Positions 19,024 through 28,476 of a stretch of DNA of 64,000 nucleotides are shown here, piece by piece. Position numbers and translations under genes: made by a program. Origin of the DNA: an uncultured Chloroflexia bacterium (lineage in GTDB: Bacteria > Chloroflexota > Dehalococcoidia > Dehalococcoidales > RBG-16-60-22); contig CAVSFE010000002.1 of the NCBI GenBank assembly GCA_963727315.1, forward strand, positions 50,289 to 114,288, given 5' to 3'. The notes under the pieces were generated by a model, which ran no database searches, was not told where the DNA came from, and was given only the letters and a program-made list of their open reading frames with translations. Positions within the stretch are counted from its first letter, which is position 1. Every line of letters starts with the position of its first letter.

Positions 19024-19965
19024 ATGAGCAAAGTGATCGTTACCGGTGGCGCCGGGTTTATCGGTTCGCATATTGCCCAGGAGTTGGCCGGGCGGGATTA
19101 TCAGGTTATCATTATCGATAACCTCTCCACGGGCAGGCTTTCCAATATAGAGTCGGTCCTCGGCATGAAAAACATCGTGTTCGTTCGGGGAAGCATTGTA
19201 AATCTGCCCCTGCTGCGCAAGCTATTCTCGGGGGTAGATTATGTTTTTCATCAGGCGGCGGTGCCCAGCGTCCCCCGCAGCATCAAGAACCCCAGGGCCT
19301 CCCACGTTGCCAATACCACCGGCACCCTGAATGTGCTGCTGGCCGCCCGGGACAACGGCGTAAAAAAAGTCGTCTTCGCTTCATCATCGTCCGTCTATGG
19401 CGATACCCCTACCCTTCCCAAGGTCGAGGACATGACTCCCAATCCGGAATCGCCCTACGCGGTAAGCAAACTCGCCGCAGAGTATTACTGCCAGGTGTTC
19501 CAGAAAATTTACGGCTTGAATACCGTCTGCCTGAGGTACTTTAATGTTTATGGCCCGCGGCAGGACCCAAATTCTCCGTATGCCGCGGTTATCCCCCTGT
19601 TTATCAATAGTGCCATGGCCGGCAAATCACTGGTCATTTTCGGTAATGGCGAGCAGAGTCGAGATTTCACCTTCGTCCGGGATGTTGTCAAGGCTAATAT
19701 CCTGGCGGCGGAGGGCACGGCCACCGGCGTTTTCAATATCGGCAGCGGTATCAGGGTGACGATTAACCATCTGGCGGAGTTCGTCATCAGGTTGGTTGGA
19801 GATAATACGATAAAACCGGCGTACCGGGATGCCCGACCCGGCGACATTTTGCACAGCCTGGCTGATATCACCAGGGCCGGTACTTTCGGTTACCGTCCTA
19901 AATATAGCCTGGAGGAAGGGTTGCGGGAGGTCGTTAATTACCTGAGAGCGGAAAGAGGAGATTAA
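19024..19965 (+). CDS. NAD-dependent nucleotide-sugar 4-epimerase (WbpP/GalE-like SDR)
   Basis: TGGAGFIGS, HQAAVPSVPRS, YAVSK, LRYFNVYGPRQ. Confidence 0.92.
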   Translation: MSKVIVTGGAGFIGSHIAQELAGRDYQVIIIDNLSTGRLSNIESVLGMKNIVFVRGSIVNLPLLRKLFSGVDYVFHQAAVPSVPRSIKNPRASHVANTTGTLNVLLAARDNGVKKVVFASSSSVYGDTPTLPKVEDMTPNPESPYAVSKLAAEYYCQVFQKIYGLNTVCLRYFNVYGPRQDPNSPYAAVIPLFINSAMAGKSLVIFGNGEQSRDFTFVRDVVKANILAAEGTATGVFNIGSGIRVTINHLAEFVIRLVGDNTIKPAYRDARPGDILHSLADITRAGTFGYRPKYSLEEGLREVVNYLRAERGD

Positions 19966-21291
19966 ATGTCTGTCCACAAGCCAGCAAAAAACGCTGGTAA
20001 GAAAACCACCATTGAAGTAAAAAACAGGGTGGATAAAGCTACCGTGTGTATCGTCGGTCTGGGTTACGTCGGTCTGCCTTTAGTCGAGGCGTTCGCTAAA
20101 AGTCTGAAAGTAATCGGCTATGATATTAACACTAAGAGAGTAGCCAATCTCAGGCAAAAAAACGATAACCCCCGCATTACCTTTACTGCCGACCCCCGAA
20201 AAATTGCCGAAGCGGATTTCACGATTATATGCGTGCCCACTCCGGTGACAAAAATAAAGGAGCCGGACCTTTCCCCCGTCCAGGGCGCGGCCGTGACGGT
20301 CGGCCGGAACTTGAAAAGGGGTAGCGTGGTCATTCTGGAATCGACGGTCTACCCCGGCGTCACCGAAGAGGTCGTTATGCCCATTCTGGAAAAGGAGTCC
20401 GGCCTCAAGTGCGGCCGGGACTTCAAGGTAGCCTACGCCCCCGAGAGGGTCAATCCCGGCGATAAACAGCACACGATAGATAAAATCACCAAGGTCGTGT
20501 CCGGCATGGACGAGGAGACCAGCGAGCTAGTCGCCGAGCTTTACGGCAGGATAATCCCGAATATCTTCCGCGCCAAGGATATCCAGACTGCCGAGGCGGC
20601 CAAGGTTATTGAAAATATCCAGAGGGATCTGAACATCGCCCTGATGAACGAGCTGTCGCTCATTTTTGAGAAGCTCCACCTGGATACCAAGGACGTGCTG
20701 GATGCCGCTTCCACGAAATGGAACTTCCACCGCTATTCGCCGGGGCTGGTCGGCGGACACTGCATACCGGTTGACCCCTATTACCTGGTGCGCCGGGCCA
20801 GGGAGCTGGGCTATCATTCTCAGGTCATCTCGGCCGGCCGGGCCATTAACGACTCCATGGCGAAACATGTGGCTGAGATGACGGTCAAGGCCCTTAACGA
20901 GGTGGGCAAAGTCATCAAGGGGTCACGGGTCCTCATCATGGGGCTGACCTACAAGGAGAATGTCCCCGATACGCGGGAAACACCGCAGAAGCATGTCATC
21001 GAAGAGCTAAAGGAATACGGCATCGTGCCGCTGGGGTACGACCCTATTCTTGATATTACCGAAGCCGAAGAAGAATTTGAAATAAAGATGCTGGCGAGCC
21101 TGGAACAAAAAACCAAGTTTGATGCCGTCATTCTGGCCGTAGCCCACGATATCTTTAAAGACGGCCCCCGTGGGATTACTCTAGACAGGCTGGCAAAGGT
21201 CATGAACAGTCGGCCAGTGTTGATTGATATCCGCCGGCGCTTCGACGGTGCCCAGGCAATCAAGAAAGGCTTTTGTTACCGGACCTTGTAA
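19966..21291 (+). CDS. UDP-N-acetylhexosamine 6-dehydrogenase (WbpO/TviB-like)
   Basis: GLGYVG, ESTVYPG, PERVNPG, catalytic GGHCIPVDPYY. Confidence 0.9.
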   Translation: MSVHKPAKNAGKKTTIEVKNRVDKATVCIVGLGYVGLPLVEAFAKSLKVIGYDINTKRVANLRQKNDNPRITFTADPRKIAEADFTIICVPTPVTKIKEPDLSPVQGAAVTVGRNLKRGSVVILESTVYPGVTEEVVMPILEKESGLKCGRDFKVAYAPERVNPGDKQHTIDKITKVVSGMDEETSELVAELYGRIIPNIFRAKDIQTAEAAKVIENIQRDLNIALMNELSLIFEKLHLDTKDVLDAASTKWNFHRYSPGLVGGHCIPVDPYYLVRRARELGYHSQVISAGRAINDSMAKHVAEMTVKALNEVGKVIKGSRVLIMGLTYKENVPDTRETPQKHVIEELKEYGIVPLGYDPILDITEAEEEFEIKMLASLEQKTKFDAVILAVAHDIFKDGPRGITLDRLAKVMNSRPVLIDIRRRFDGAQAIKKGFCYRTL

Positions 21292-21338
21292 GGCGGAAAA
21301 AGGTCAACCGATTTTTGAAGAGGCCGGGGCTCTCTTTT

Positions 21339-22860
21339 TTAGGAGGCGCTCTGGCCTTTTAGTTTGAGGAAGACCTTGTTGTAGCTTTCGACTACCTTCC
21401 GGAAGTGGAAACCCGAGAGCGACAGCCCCAGCGATATGGGGAGTTTGCGGGGACGTTTCAGGAGGGTCGTGAATACCAGCCTCCAGAAATAACTCTTCCC
21501 TTTGTCCACGAATCCCAGGACCCAGAGGGCCCTCAAAAAACCAGTAACATGAGATAAACGCAGTTTCGATATCCCCGCCGTCTTCCGGGGCCGGTATTCC
21601 TTCAGGAAGGTGACGACACGCTCGTAATAGTGGCGCGGCGAGTAAATGGTGTCCAGCACGTTTTTATAGCCCGTCATGAGTGTTTCGTATTGCATCTTGG
21701 GCACGAAGTTCATCGAAAAATCGGTATTGTCCCCGGTGAAATTATTCAGTCAGCCGGTTTTCTTTCTTAAGCCGCTTGTAGAGTTTTGTCCCCTTGGGGG
21801 CATTGAGCAGGCCGACCATGGCCGTGACGATGCCGCTCTTTTGGATAAATTGTATCTGTTTGCTGAAAATTGAGGCCGGGTCGCTGTCGAAGCCGAGGAT
21901 AAAGCCACCCATTACCTCGAAGCCATGGTGCTGGATTGTCTTTACCGCGGCGGCCAGGTCGCGGTTCCTGTTTTGCACCTTATTACACTCCACCAGGCTG
22001 TCTTCATGCGGCGTTTCGATGCCGATAAAGACCCGGTTAAAACCCGCTTGAGCCATCAACTCCATCAGTTCCTCGTCGTCGGCCATATTGATAGATGCTT
22101 CCGTGAAGAACAGGAAAGGATACTTTTTCTCCTTTGACCATGCAATCATCGCCGGTAAGGTCTCGGCTTTTAGTTTCTTTTTATTGCCGATGAAATTATC
22201 ATCGACGATGAACAGACTGCCCCGCCAGCCGCGGCGGTACAGCGCATCCAGCTCGTCCATCATCTGCTGACTATCCTTGGTCCTGGGGCGGTGGCCGTTA
22301 AGCACGATAATATCGCAAAAGTCGCAGTCGAAGGGGCAGCCGCGGGAGTACTGCAAGCTCATCGCCGAGTAGTGATTCATATTGATGAGCGGCCACATCG
22401 GGATGGGCGTTCGACTGATGTCGGGTCGCTCATCGGACGAATAGACGCGTTGTGCGTGCCCTCTGGCCAGGTCGCTTAAAAACTGCGGGAGCGTGACTTC
22501 GGCCTCACCCAGCACGAAGTGGTCGACTCCTTCGAACTCTTCGCAGCCGGTGGTGAAAAGAGGGCCGCCAGCTACCACCCTGGTCTTCAATCGGTTACAG
22601 CGGGCGATGACTTCCCTAGCTGATTCCTTCTGCACAACCATCGCGCTGAGGAAGACGTAATCGGCCCATTTGATATTTTCGTCGCTCAGGGAGCTTACAT
22701 TTAAGTCCACCAGCCTTTTCTCCCATTCGTCGGGTAGCATGGCCGCCACCGTCAGTAACCCCAGCGGTGGGAAATTGGCTTTTTTAGAAACGAACTTCAG
22801 CGCGTGCCGGAAGCTCCAGAAGGTATCGGGGTACCGGGGATAGACAAATAGTATTTTCAT
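21339..22860 (-). CDS. B12-binding radical SAM protein (DUF4070-type C-terminus), split by a +1 insertion near 21750
   Basis: PPLGLLTVAA B12 domain, SRGCPFDCDFC; deleting one base gives continuous ENRLLNNFTGDNTDFSMNFVPK joining ORFs 21742-22860 and 21339-21713. Confidence 0.85.
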
Positions 22861-22944
22861 ATTACTTCTCCCTTGGTTTAACGGTTTTTATGGTTGTAAC
22901 GTTGGCACCGATTGGTTTATTAAAATGGCGCCCGTTATCTCGGG

Positions 22945-23328
22945 CTAACGCGCTTTGTTAATCAAGCTTAAGGCTTTTATCGTCTTCAGATAGTCATCTT
23001 TAATATCAAAATACACAGTGTCTTCGGCATGCTGGGTATCTCGGGGAAAACAATTAATAACTGATGCCTTTCTACCGGCCAGAACTTTAGCCTTGGCTTC
23101 TTCTACCCAGACCTTCCTCGTGGCTACCCAGAAATAATCCCTGTCTTCTTTATGGACCCAGGCGAAGACACCCATTTCACCAAGAATATCGGATTTAAAT
23201 TTGTTTAAATTATAGGTACGTTCATTGGCCTTAGAGTAGTGACAGCCGATGTCACCAGCCAGTTTTTTAACGAAGTCCTCGTCTTGCTCGTCGAATTCCA
23301 TTGTCCGTCTTGGTTTTTTTACTAGCAT
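22945..23328 (-). CDS. Hypothetical protein
   Basis: Open frame with plausible RBS before ATG 23328 (MLVKKPRR); no recognised motif. Confidence 0.55.
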   Translation of the reverse strand: MLVKKPRRTMEFDEQDEDFVKKLAGDIGCHYSKANERTYNLNKFKSDILGEMGVFAWVHKEDRDYFWVATRKVWVEEAKAKVLAGRKASVINCFPRDTQHAEDTVYFDIKDDYLKTIKALSLINKAR

Positions 23329-23421
23329 GAAGGACCCCCTTCCCGGTAAATCCCTTCTGGCGGAAATGTGCACGGACTGGATATCCGCCACCCCGTGCAC
23401 ATTTCACTAACGAGAGCAAAT

Positions 23422-23751
23422 TTATCGGCTTACTCTTACTTTACGGTAGCAATCGCTACAATAGACCGGCCTACCTTGACGGGGCTCGAAGGGTACTGAA
23501 GTTGACTTACCGCAATCGGCGCATACTGCCGGGTACATTTGGCGCCCGGGAGTGTAGCTGTTGTAGCTGCTATTTCCGTAGCTGTTACCACCGTTTCCAT
23601 AACGCTCTGCTTTCCTCGCCTGGCGGCATTCGGGGCAGCGCTTGGGCTGATTGGTATAGCCTCTTGACTGGAATTGCTCCTGTTCCGCGACACTGAAGAT
23701 AAAAGTCTTATTGCAATCGGAACATTCTAGGGTTTTTTCCTGAAAGCTCAT
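23422..23751 (-). CDS. Zinc-ribbon / CxxC-x17-CxxC domain protein
   Basis: CSDC...PKRCPECR and CADC...VPFEP...VYCSDCY; GAGGAGG RBS. Confidence 0.9.
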   Translation of the reverse strand: MSFQEKTLECSDCNKTFIFSVAEQEQFQSRGYTNQPKRCPECRQARKAERYGNGGNSYGNSSYNSYTPGRQMYPAVCADCGKSTSVPFEPRQGRPVYCSDCYRKVRVSR

Positions 23752-23864
23752 TGGATGGCCTCCTCTCTTAATAATTTAGTTAGAGCTTGGGTCATCCAAT
23801 ACTTGATGTGAATCTAAGGGGATTTCAAGAGTTTTGTATTAACCTAAACTGGAACTATGCTTTA

Positions 23865-23893
23865 ATGATACAATAAAGTTATTCTATTGTCAA
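23865..23893 (-). promoter_or_regulatory. Sigma70-like promoter of zinc-ribbon gene
   Basis: Minus strand TTGACA (23893-23888)-17 bp-TATCAT (23870-23865). Confidence 0.65.
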
Positions 23894-23924
23894 ATGAAGC
23901 CTCCCTAGTTAGGGAGGCTTCATT
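23893..23924. terminator. Strong hairpin, probable terminator of kinase-PqqD-peptide operon
   Basis: Perfect 15-bp inverted repeat AATGAAGCCTCCCTA-gt-TAGGGAGGCTTCATT. Confidence 0.7.
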
Positions 23925-24031
23925 GTTTCTATAAAAAATTCTCTCTTTTCTTCTATATTAGAAGAGAGCGAACATATTTTACTTTATCATTATTGGTATC
24001 CCTAATGCTTTACCCGTGCCCCTATCACAGC

Positions 24032-24127
24032 TTACTCTCTGAAGCCGCTGCCGTGGTTGCCACAGAGCACTTCGGCTTTAAGGATTTCGGACTTTACCGT
24101 AGGTTTCACATATGGTTCTTTTGCCAT
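24032..24127 (-). CDS. Putative RRE-dependent precursor peptide, 31 aa (MAKEPYVKPTVKSEILKAEVLCGNHGSGFRE)
   Basis: GGGGAGGT RBS 6 nt before ATG 24127; YxxP leader motif; directly downstream of PqqD gene; below ORF-track cutoff. Confidence 0.75.
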   Translation of the reverse strand: MAKEPYVKPTVKSEILKAEVLCGNHGSGFRE

Positions 24128-24184
24128 AACATTACCTCCCCGGACACATAATTATTGGATTTTGCCCGGTTCTTCGACCTTTCC

Positions 24185-24454
24185 TTAAATATATTTTATA
24201 ATGCCCGCCTTTGTCAAGTTCTCGATTGTCTCCCTCGTGTCCGCGCGGGCTTCCTCAAGAGAAACATCGAAGCGGTCAAAGAGACTCGCCGCTATCTCAT
24301 CGATGCTGCGTTTGCCATCGCACATTTCCCAGATAAGGGTAGCTGTTTTATTCAATATGTGCGTCGATAGCCCGTCGTCCTTGATGACCACGACTTCATC
24401 GCCGATGCGGCGCCAGATAATGTCTTCAGCCTTTATCATTTTATCCGCCATCAT
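24185..24454 (-). CDS. PqqD-family RiPP recognition element (RRE)
   Basis: WRRIGDEVVVI...LNKTATLIWEMCDGKRSIDEIAASLFDRFDVS...L...GII; likely start ATG 24454. Confidence 0.92.
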   Translation of the reverse strand: MMADKMIKAEDIIWRRIGDEVVVIKDDGLSTHILNKTATLIWEMCDGKRSIDEIAASLFDRFDVSLEEARADTRETIENLTKAGIIKYI

Positions 24455-24474
24455 CTCTACTCCCTGCCAGCCTT

Positions 24475-25449
24475 TCACTTTTCCAACTCTCCCACGACCT
24501 GCCAGAGTGACTTCTCGTCCAGATTAAACTCGAGTTCATAGACCGGGACGGCTTTGGTCACCTCGTCGCTGAATTCAGACATAATCAAAAGCACCGCCCG
24601 TTTATCTTTCTGGCCGATACAGGCCGGCGTTATAATCTGTCGCATGAATCTTAAATATGTCTCCGTCCTGTCCAGGTTACGCACCAGGGTCTCACTGCCT
24701 TTTTTAAGCAGGAAGATGCAGCGTAAAGGTGCCTTCAAGTACCGTCGCGAGGAGACTCTCCCGAGAAAAGGGGCGCTCTCCACGTTAAGGCCGTTTCCGT
24801 TCTGTTTGGGGCGAGAGACCAGCAACATTTCGTCGTTGATTACCTCTCCGTCGCGTTTCCGGCAAAGGCGGGCGATGGTCGTTTTACCGGCTTCACTGGG
24901 ACCGGCAAATAACAGCGCCTGTCCCGAGCGCAGGATGCCGCAGGCGTGGACTATCATGGCCGGGGGATGACCGTCGTATTTCATCTTACACGCCGAGTAA
25001 TAGGCCAGCGCTAACAGCTGATTAATGCGATTGCCCTCCATGTCCGGGTTGGCGAGGCCTCTTTCGCCGGTAATTTTAATGTAACCGCGCGTCAGGTCGT
25101 ACTTACCGGAGACCACCTGGCTCGTCGACCTGAACAAATTTTCCTCATGAACGTAGTTGTTATCAGGCAGGGCTGCATATAAATCGTCCGGGCTCAAGCG
25201 GTCGGTCCCTTCCAGCTCTATGGTAATATCGGCCGGTTCTTTTGTAAGGAAACCATGGCACAACCGTTTTAGCTTCATCAGCTCCTTATAGTCTTCGGCA
25301 TCCCGGCACTTGAAGGCGCAGCCAACGCTGCCCATCCGCAGGCTAAAAGCATTTTTAAAGGGCAGCGCCCCTTCTCGTGCTTGTTCCTGCGGACTGACCG
25401 TTGCTGTCAGCGTCCGCTCGCCAGCGTTATTAACTGACATATATTTCAC
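24475..25449 (-). CDS. HPr-kinase-related P-loop protein
   Basis: VHACGI...LFAGPSEAGKTT...INDEMLLV...PFLG...PVYELEF pattern typical of HprK-related kinases. Confidence 0.8.
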   Translation of the reverse strand: MKYMSVNNAGERTLTATVSPQEQAREGALPFKNAFSLRMGSVGCAFKCRDAEDYKELMKLKRLCHGFLTKEPADITIELEGTDRLSPDDLYAALPDNNYVHEENLFRSTSQVVSGKYDLTRGYIKITGERGLANPDMEGNRINQLLALAYYSACKMKYDGHPPAMIVHACGILRSGQALLFAGPSEAGKTTIARLCRKRDGEVINDEMLLVSRPKQNGNGLNVESAPFLGRVSSRRYLKAPLRCIFLLKKGSETLVRNLDRTETYLRFMRQIITPACIGQKDKRAVLLIMSEFSDEVTKAVPVYELEFNLDEKSLWQVVGELEK

Positions 25450-25469
25450 TCGCCAAGTATCCTGTTTTT

Positions 25470-25526
25470 ATCATAATATGGCTTTTGTTGGTTATTGGTA
25501 AACGAAGCGTTAGAAAGTGGTAGGAA
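25470..25526 (-). promoter_or_regulatory. Degenerate four-repeat array plus -10 upstream of kinase-PqqD-peptide operon
   Basis: Plus-strand GTTGGTT 25487, GTAAACG 25498, GTTAGAA 25509, GTAGGAA 25520 (11-bp period); minus-strand TATGAT 25475-25470, 11 bp from the last repeat. Confidence 0.55.
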
Positions 25527-25643
25527 TTAGCGGTTGCCTAAAATTTATCATTTATTTATACCAATCATAACAAAATTTGCGGGTTGTTTACTACCGTTTT
25601 TTTATGATGTTGCTTAGCAACATAGTTATAGAGGAGACAGGAT

Positions 25644-25913
25644 ATGTTACTTCGTGATGAGATAATGCCGATGCTGACCATAAAGGATGTCGCCCGTCTC
25701 TTGCACATCCACGTCAATACCGCCCGGCGCTGGAGCGACCAGGGCATATTGAAATCTTATCGTATTACCCGGCGTGGCGACCGCCGGTTCCGGCAGGAAG
25801 ATATCGCCCGTTTTCTGGCGGAATACAACGATTTCAATACCAAGAAAGAACCCGACCGGGAGACCACCCAGGGTTCCGCCAACGACAAGGGTAAGATAGT
25901 TATCGGGCACTAA
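25644..25913 (+). CDS. Small excisionase/MerR-like helix-turn-helix DNA-binding protein
   Basis: MLTIKDVARLLHIHVNTARRWSDQGILKSYRI...GDRRFRQEDI; GAGGAG RBS. Confidence 0.88.
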   Translation: MLLRDEIMPMLTIKDVARLLHIHVNTARRWSDQGILKSYRITRRGDRRFRQEDIARFLAEYNDFNTKKEPDRETTQGSANDKGKIVIGH

Positions 25914-25964
25914 AGACAGACAATCGTATACTACCCATTCTTTTTCCGTTCGTCCGTTTCGGCC

Positions 25965-26771
25965 CTAATACTGTATCAGACTGCCTTCCGCCTTGGCGCG
26001 CCTCAGAGCTTTTCTAAAAACGAGGAAGGCCAGAGGCGTTAACACCAGAGCGAATCCCAGCAGGATCAGGATATCGTTGCGAACTTCGAATATCGAGTAT
26101 CCCTTAAGCATGGCCAGTCTCATGGCATCCAGGGAGTAGGTCATCGGCAGGACATGGGATAACGGCGTGAGCCAGCCAGGGAGCACTGATATAGGATAGT
26201 ACACGCCAGCCAGGAGCGTTGATACCCCTCCGAATATCCAGGCAATCGGGTCGCCTTTTTTTACCACCAGCACAATGGCCGCCGAAAGGATGCCGATGCC
26301 GCTGAAGCTGGCCACGGACAGTATTAGGACGATGAAGGCCGTCAAGAAATTCGCCTGACTTATATTGAATCCGAAGACCAGTCCCCCGAAAAGAAAATAT
26401 GCCACCACGTTCAACGTGGTCAGCAAATAGTCCCACAACGACGATGAGAATAGTATAGCGCTCAACCGGGTCGGGCTGAGGAGCATAATCTCCAGCGTGC
26501 CGGTCATCTGACCGTCGCGGATGCTCGAGGCGAAGCTGGAGAGGGACAAACCCAGGTAACCGTTAAAAGCCAGGCCGATGAGGACAAAGGAGAAATAATC
26601 GCCCCCGTATTGCTCAAGCTGGGGCACCAGGGCGTTGCCGAAAAGCCGCGAGAGGAAATAGAAGGAAGCTACCCCGAAGAAGATGCCGAGTATCTCGAGC
26701 AAAAAGGCGATGCGATAGCTCAGCGCGATCGAAAAATCACGTTTTAAGAAAGCCGTCGCGGTAGACATCAC
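25965..26771 (-). CDS. ABC-2 type exporter permease
   Basis: Six hydrophobic segments; GTLEIMLLSP; GVYYPISVLPGWL...LPMTY. Confidence 0.9.
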   Translation of the reverse strand: MMSTATAFLKRDFSIALSYRIAFLLEILGIFFGVASFYFLSRLFGNALVPQLEQYGGDYFSFVLIGLAFNGYLGLSLSSFASSIRDGQMTGTLEIMLLSPTRLSAILFSSSLWDYLLTTLNVVAYFLFGGLVFGFNISQANFLTAFIVLILSVASFSGIGILSAAIVLVVKKGDPIAWIFGGVSTLLAGVYYPISVLPGWLTPLSHVLPMTYSLDAMRLAMLKGYSIFEVRNDILILLGFALVLTPLAFLVFRKALRRAKAEGSLIQY

Positions 26772-27778
26772 TCCTTTTCCTTCTGTCCGCTTTTCAGGGC
26801 ATTAGTGAATATTTCTTCGAGCGGCAGCTCTTTCAATTCACAGTTATATACCTCGGCGCCGTTGTTGATTATTATCTGCAGCAGGCGGGGCAGCACCTGC
26901 TCACGGTTGGTTATCTTCAGCTCCAGCGTCGGTCCCTCTTTGCCGTTCCTGGTCAGGGTGCAGCCGAGCACGCCTTCGACCTGTTCGAGCTGGGCGAGGA
27001 CGGCCTCGGGGAAATTCCTCACCTGCAGGCGGCATTCTTCGTGGGTCTGGAAGACGGAGCGCAGTTCTTTCACCGAACCGAGGGCAATTACCCGCCCGCG
27101 GTCCATGATTGCCAGTCGGTCACAGAGCTGTTCCGCCTCGGTGAGGTTGTGGGTGGCCAGCACTATCGTCTTTTTTTCGACCACCACCTTTTCCTTGAGG
27201 AAGGAACGGACCGACTGCGCGCTGACAGGGTCGAGGCTTCGGGTGGGTTCATCCACGAAAAGGACCTTCGGTTCACTGAGCAGGCCCCGGATAATCGCCA
27301 TTTTTTGCCGCATCCCGGTGGAGTAGTTCTGGAACCTGATGTCGGCTTCTTTGTCCAGCCCCACCACGTTTAACAGCTCATTAATATGCTGGCGACTCTG
27401 CTGCCGCGGAAGGTGATAAAGGGACGCGTAAAATTGCAGGTTCTCACGGCCGGTGAGGCGCCAGTAAAAACTCCTCTCCTCGGCGTTGATTAACCCGACT
27501 AGGTTTTTTACGGCCTGTTCTTTTTTCAGGATGTCGTTACCGTAGACGCTGGCTGTGCCTGAAGTGGGCAACACGAGACAGCATAGCAGTTTGATTAAAG
27601 TGGTCTTACCGGCGCCGTTAGGCCCCAGCAGGCCGAAAAATTCGCCCGGCTGTATATCCAGGGTCACTTTTTCTACAGCCGTGACCCATTGTTTCTTTCT
27701 GAAGGGTAACAGTTCGCGGTAGCCAGAGCTACGGGCGAATCTTTTCGTCAATTCGTTGGTACTGATGGCCGTGGTCAC
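26768..27778 (-). CDS. ABC exporter ATP-binding subunit
   Basis: GPNGAGKTT, YSTGMRQK, VDEPT; likely GTG start 27778 overlapping peptidase stop (GTGA). Confidence 0.92.
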   Translation of the reverse strand: MTTAISTNELTKRFARSSGYRELLPFRKKQWVTAVEKVTLDIQPGEFFGLLGPNGAGKTTLIKLLCCLVLPTSGTASVYGNDILKKEQAVKNLVGLINAEERSFYWRLTGRENLQFYASLYHLPRQQSRQHINELLNVVGLDKEADIRFQNYSTGMRQKMAIIRGLLSEPKVLFVDEPTRSLDPVSAQSVRSFLKEKVVVEKKTIVLATHNLTEAEQLCDRLAIMDRGRVIALGSVKELRSVFQTHEECRLQVRNFPEAVLAQLEQVEGVLGCTLTRNGKEGPTLELKITNREQVLPRLLQIIINNGAEVYNCELKELPLEEIFTNALKSGQKEKE

Positions 27779-28281
27779 TTTATCCGCCTCCCCCCACAAA
27801 GCCACCCGAGTCTATCGATATATCTTACTACCCTTATCTGGTTGGGATAACGGCCCCGAGCGAACCAGGCGGTCAGCCGGCCGTAAACGCGTCCTGACCA
27901 TCCATTGAGCTTTAGCTTTCTCTCGTTTTCCTCGATTAAAATGACCCGGCCCATGACCTGCGTGTCGTTTACCGGCGGGTCGATATTTTTCATAGCGTCG
28001 CCTTTGGTTATCAACACTTTACCGTCCTTCCGGCTGTTTATTTTTACCAGTCGGTGGGCCGTCAAAGAGCCGTCCGGCCGCCGATAGAAAATAATGTCCC
28101 CTATGCCCACCGAACGGCCGTTCCGCGCCTCGACAATTATTACATCCCCGTTTTTTATGAAGGGGTACATGCTGTTGCCGTGGGCCTGAAAGCGCAGCCG
28201 GGCGCCGCGGTCGAGCACTTCTTGGCTCAACTCTAGAAAATCCGCCTTGTCGGTATTCAATTCTTTGTCCGGCATTTTCAC
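27775..28281 (-). CDS. S24/S26-family (signal peptidase I-like) peptidase without N-terminal membrane anchor
   Basis: GNSMYPFIKNGD catalytic Ser, GDIIFY, AHRLV, ITKGD, VMGRV. Confidence 0.85.
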   Translation of the reverse strand: MKMPDKELNTDKADFLELSQEVLDRGARLRFQAHGNSMYPFIKNGDVIIVEARNGRSVGIGDIIFYRRPDGSLTAHRLVKINSRKDGKVLITKGDAMKNIDPPVNDTQVMGRVILIEENERKLKLNGWSGRVYGRLTAWFARGRYPNQIRVVRYIDRLGWLCGGRRIK

Positions 28282-28365
28282 TGGATATTAAAAAGGACAC
28301 GCGACTATTTGCTCAGGTTGGCCCGCGGAATTTCCTTGAGCCACTGAACGATTGTCCTATGGGAA

Positions 28366-28421
28366 AGTTTACCCGCTGCACGTTAGTTATCAGTAAACAA
28401 ATGGTGAGAATTTGGTTATAA
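28366..28421 (-). promoter_or_regulatory. Four-repeat array plus -10 upstream of peptidase-ABC operon
   Basis: Plus-strand GTTAGTT 28382, GTAAACA 28393, GTGAGAA 28404, GTTATAA 28415; minus-strand TAAACT 28371-28366, 10 bp from the last repeat. Confidence 0.6.
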
Positions 28422-28476
28422 CCGTTTGCCGGTTTGTCGCGGTAAATCTCAGTGAGTCCGCGCCTTTGCCTTGAGA

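Noticed and set aside
25644-25913. Prophage or ICE excisionase
   Set aside because: No integrase, att-like repeats or phage genes nearby; better explained as a stand-alone regulator.
24032-28281. Classical lasso peptide cluster
   Set aside because: No asparagine-synthetase-like cyclase or transglutaminase-like B2 protease in the window, no Thr at leader -2, and no tail after the acidic residue.
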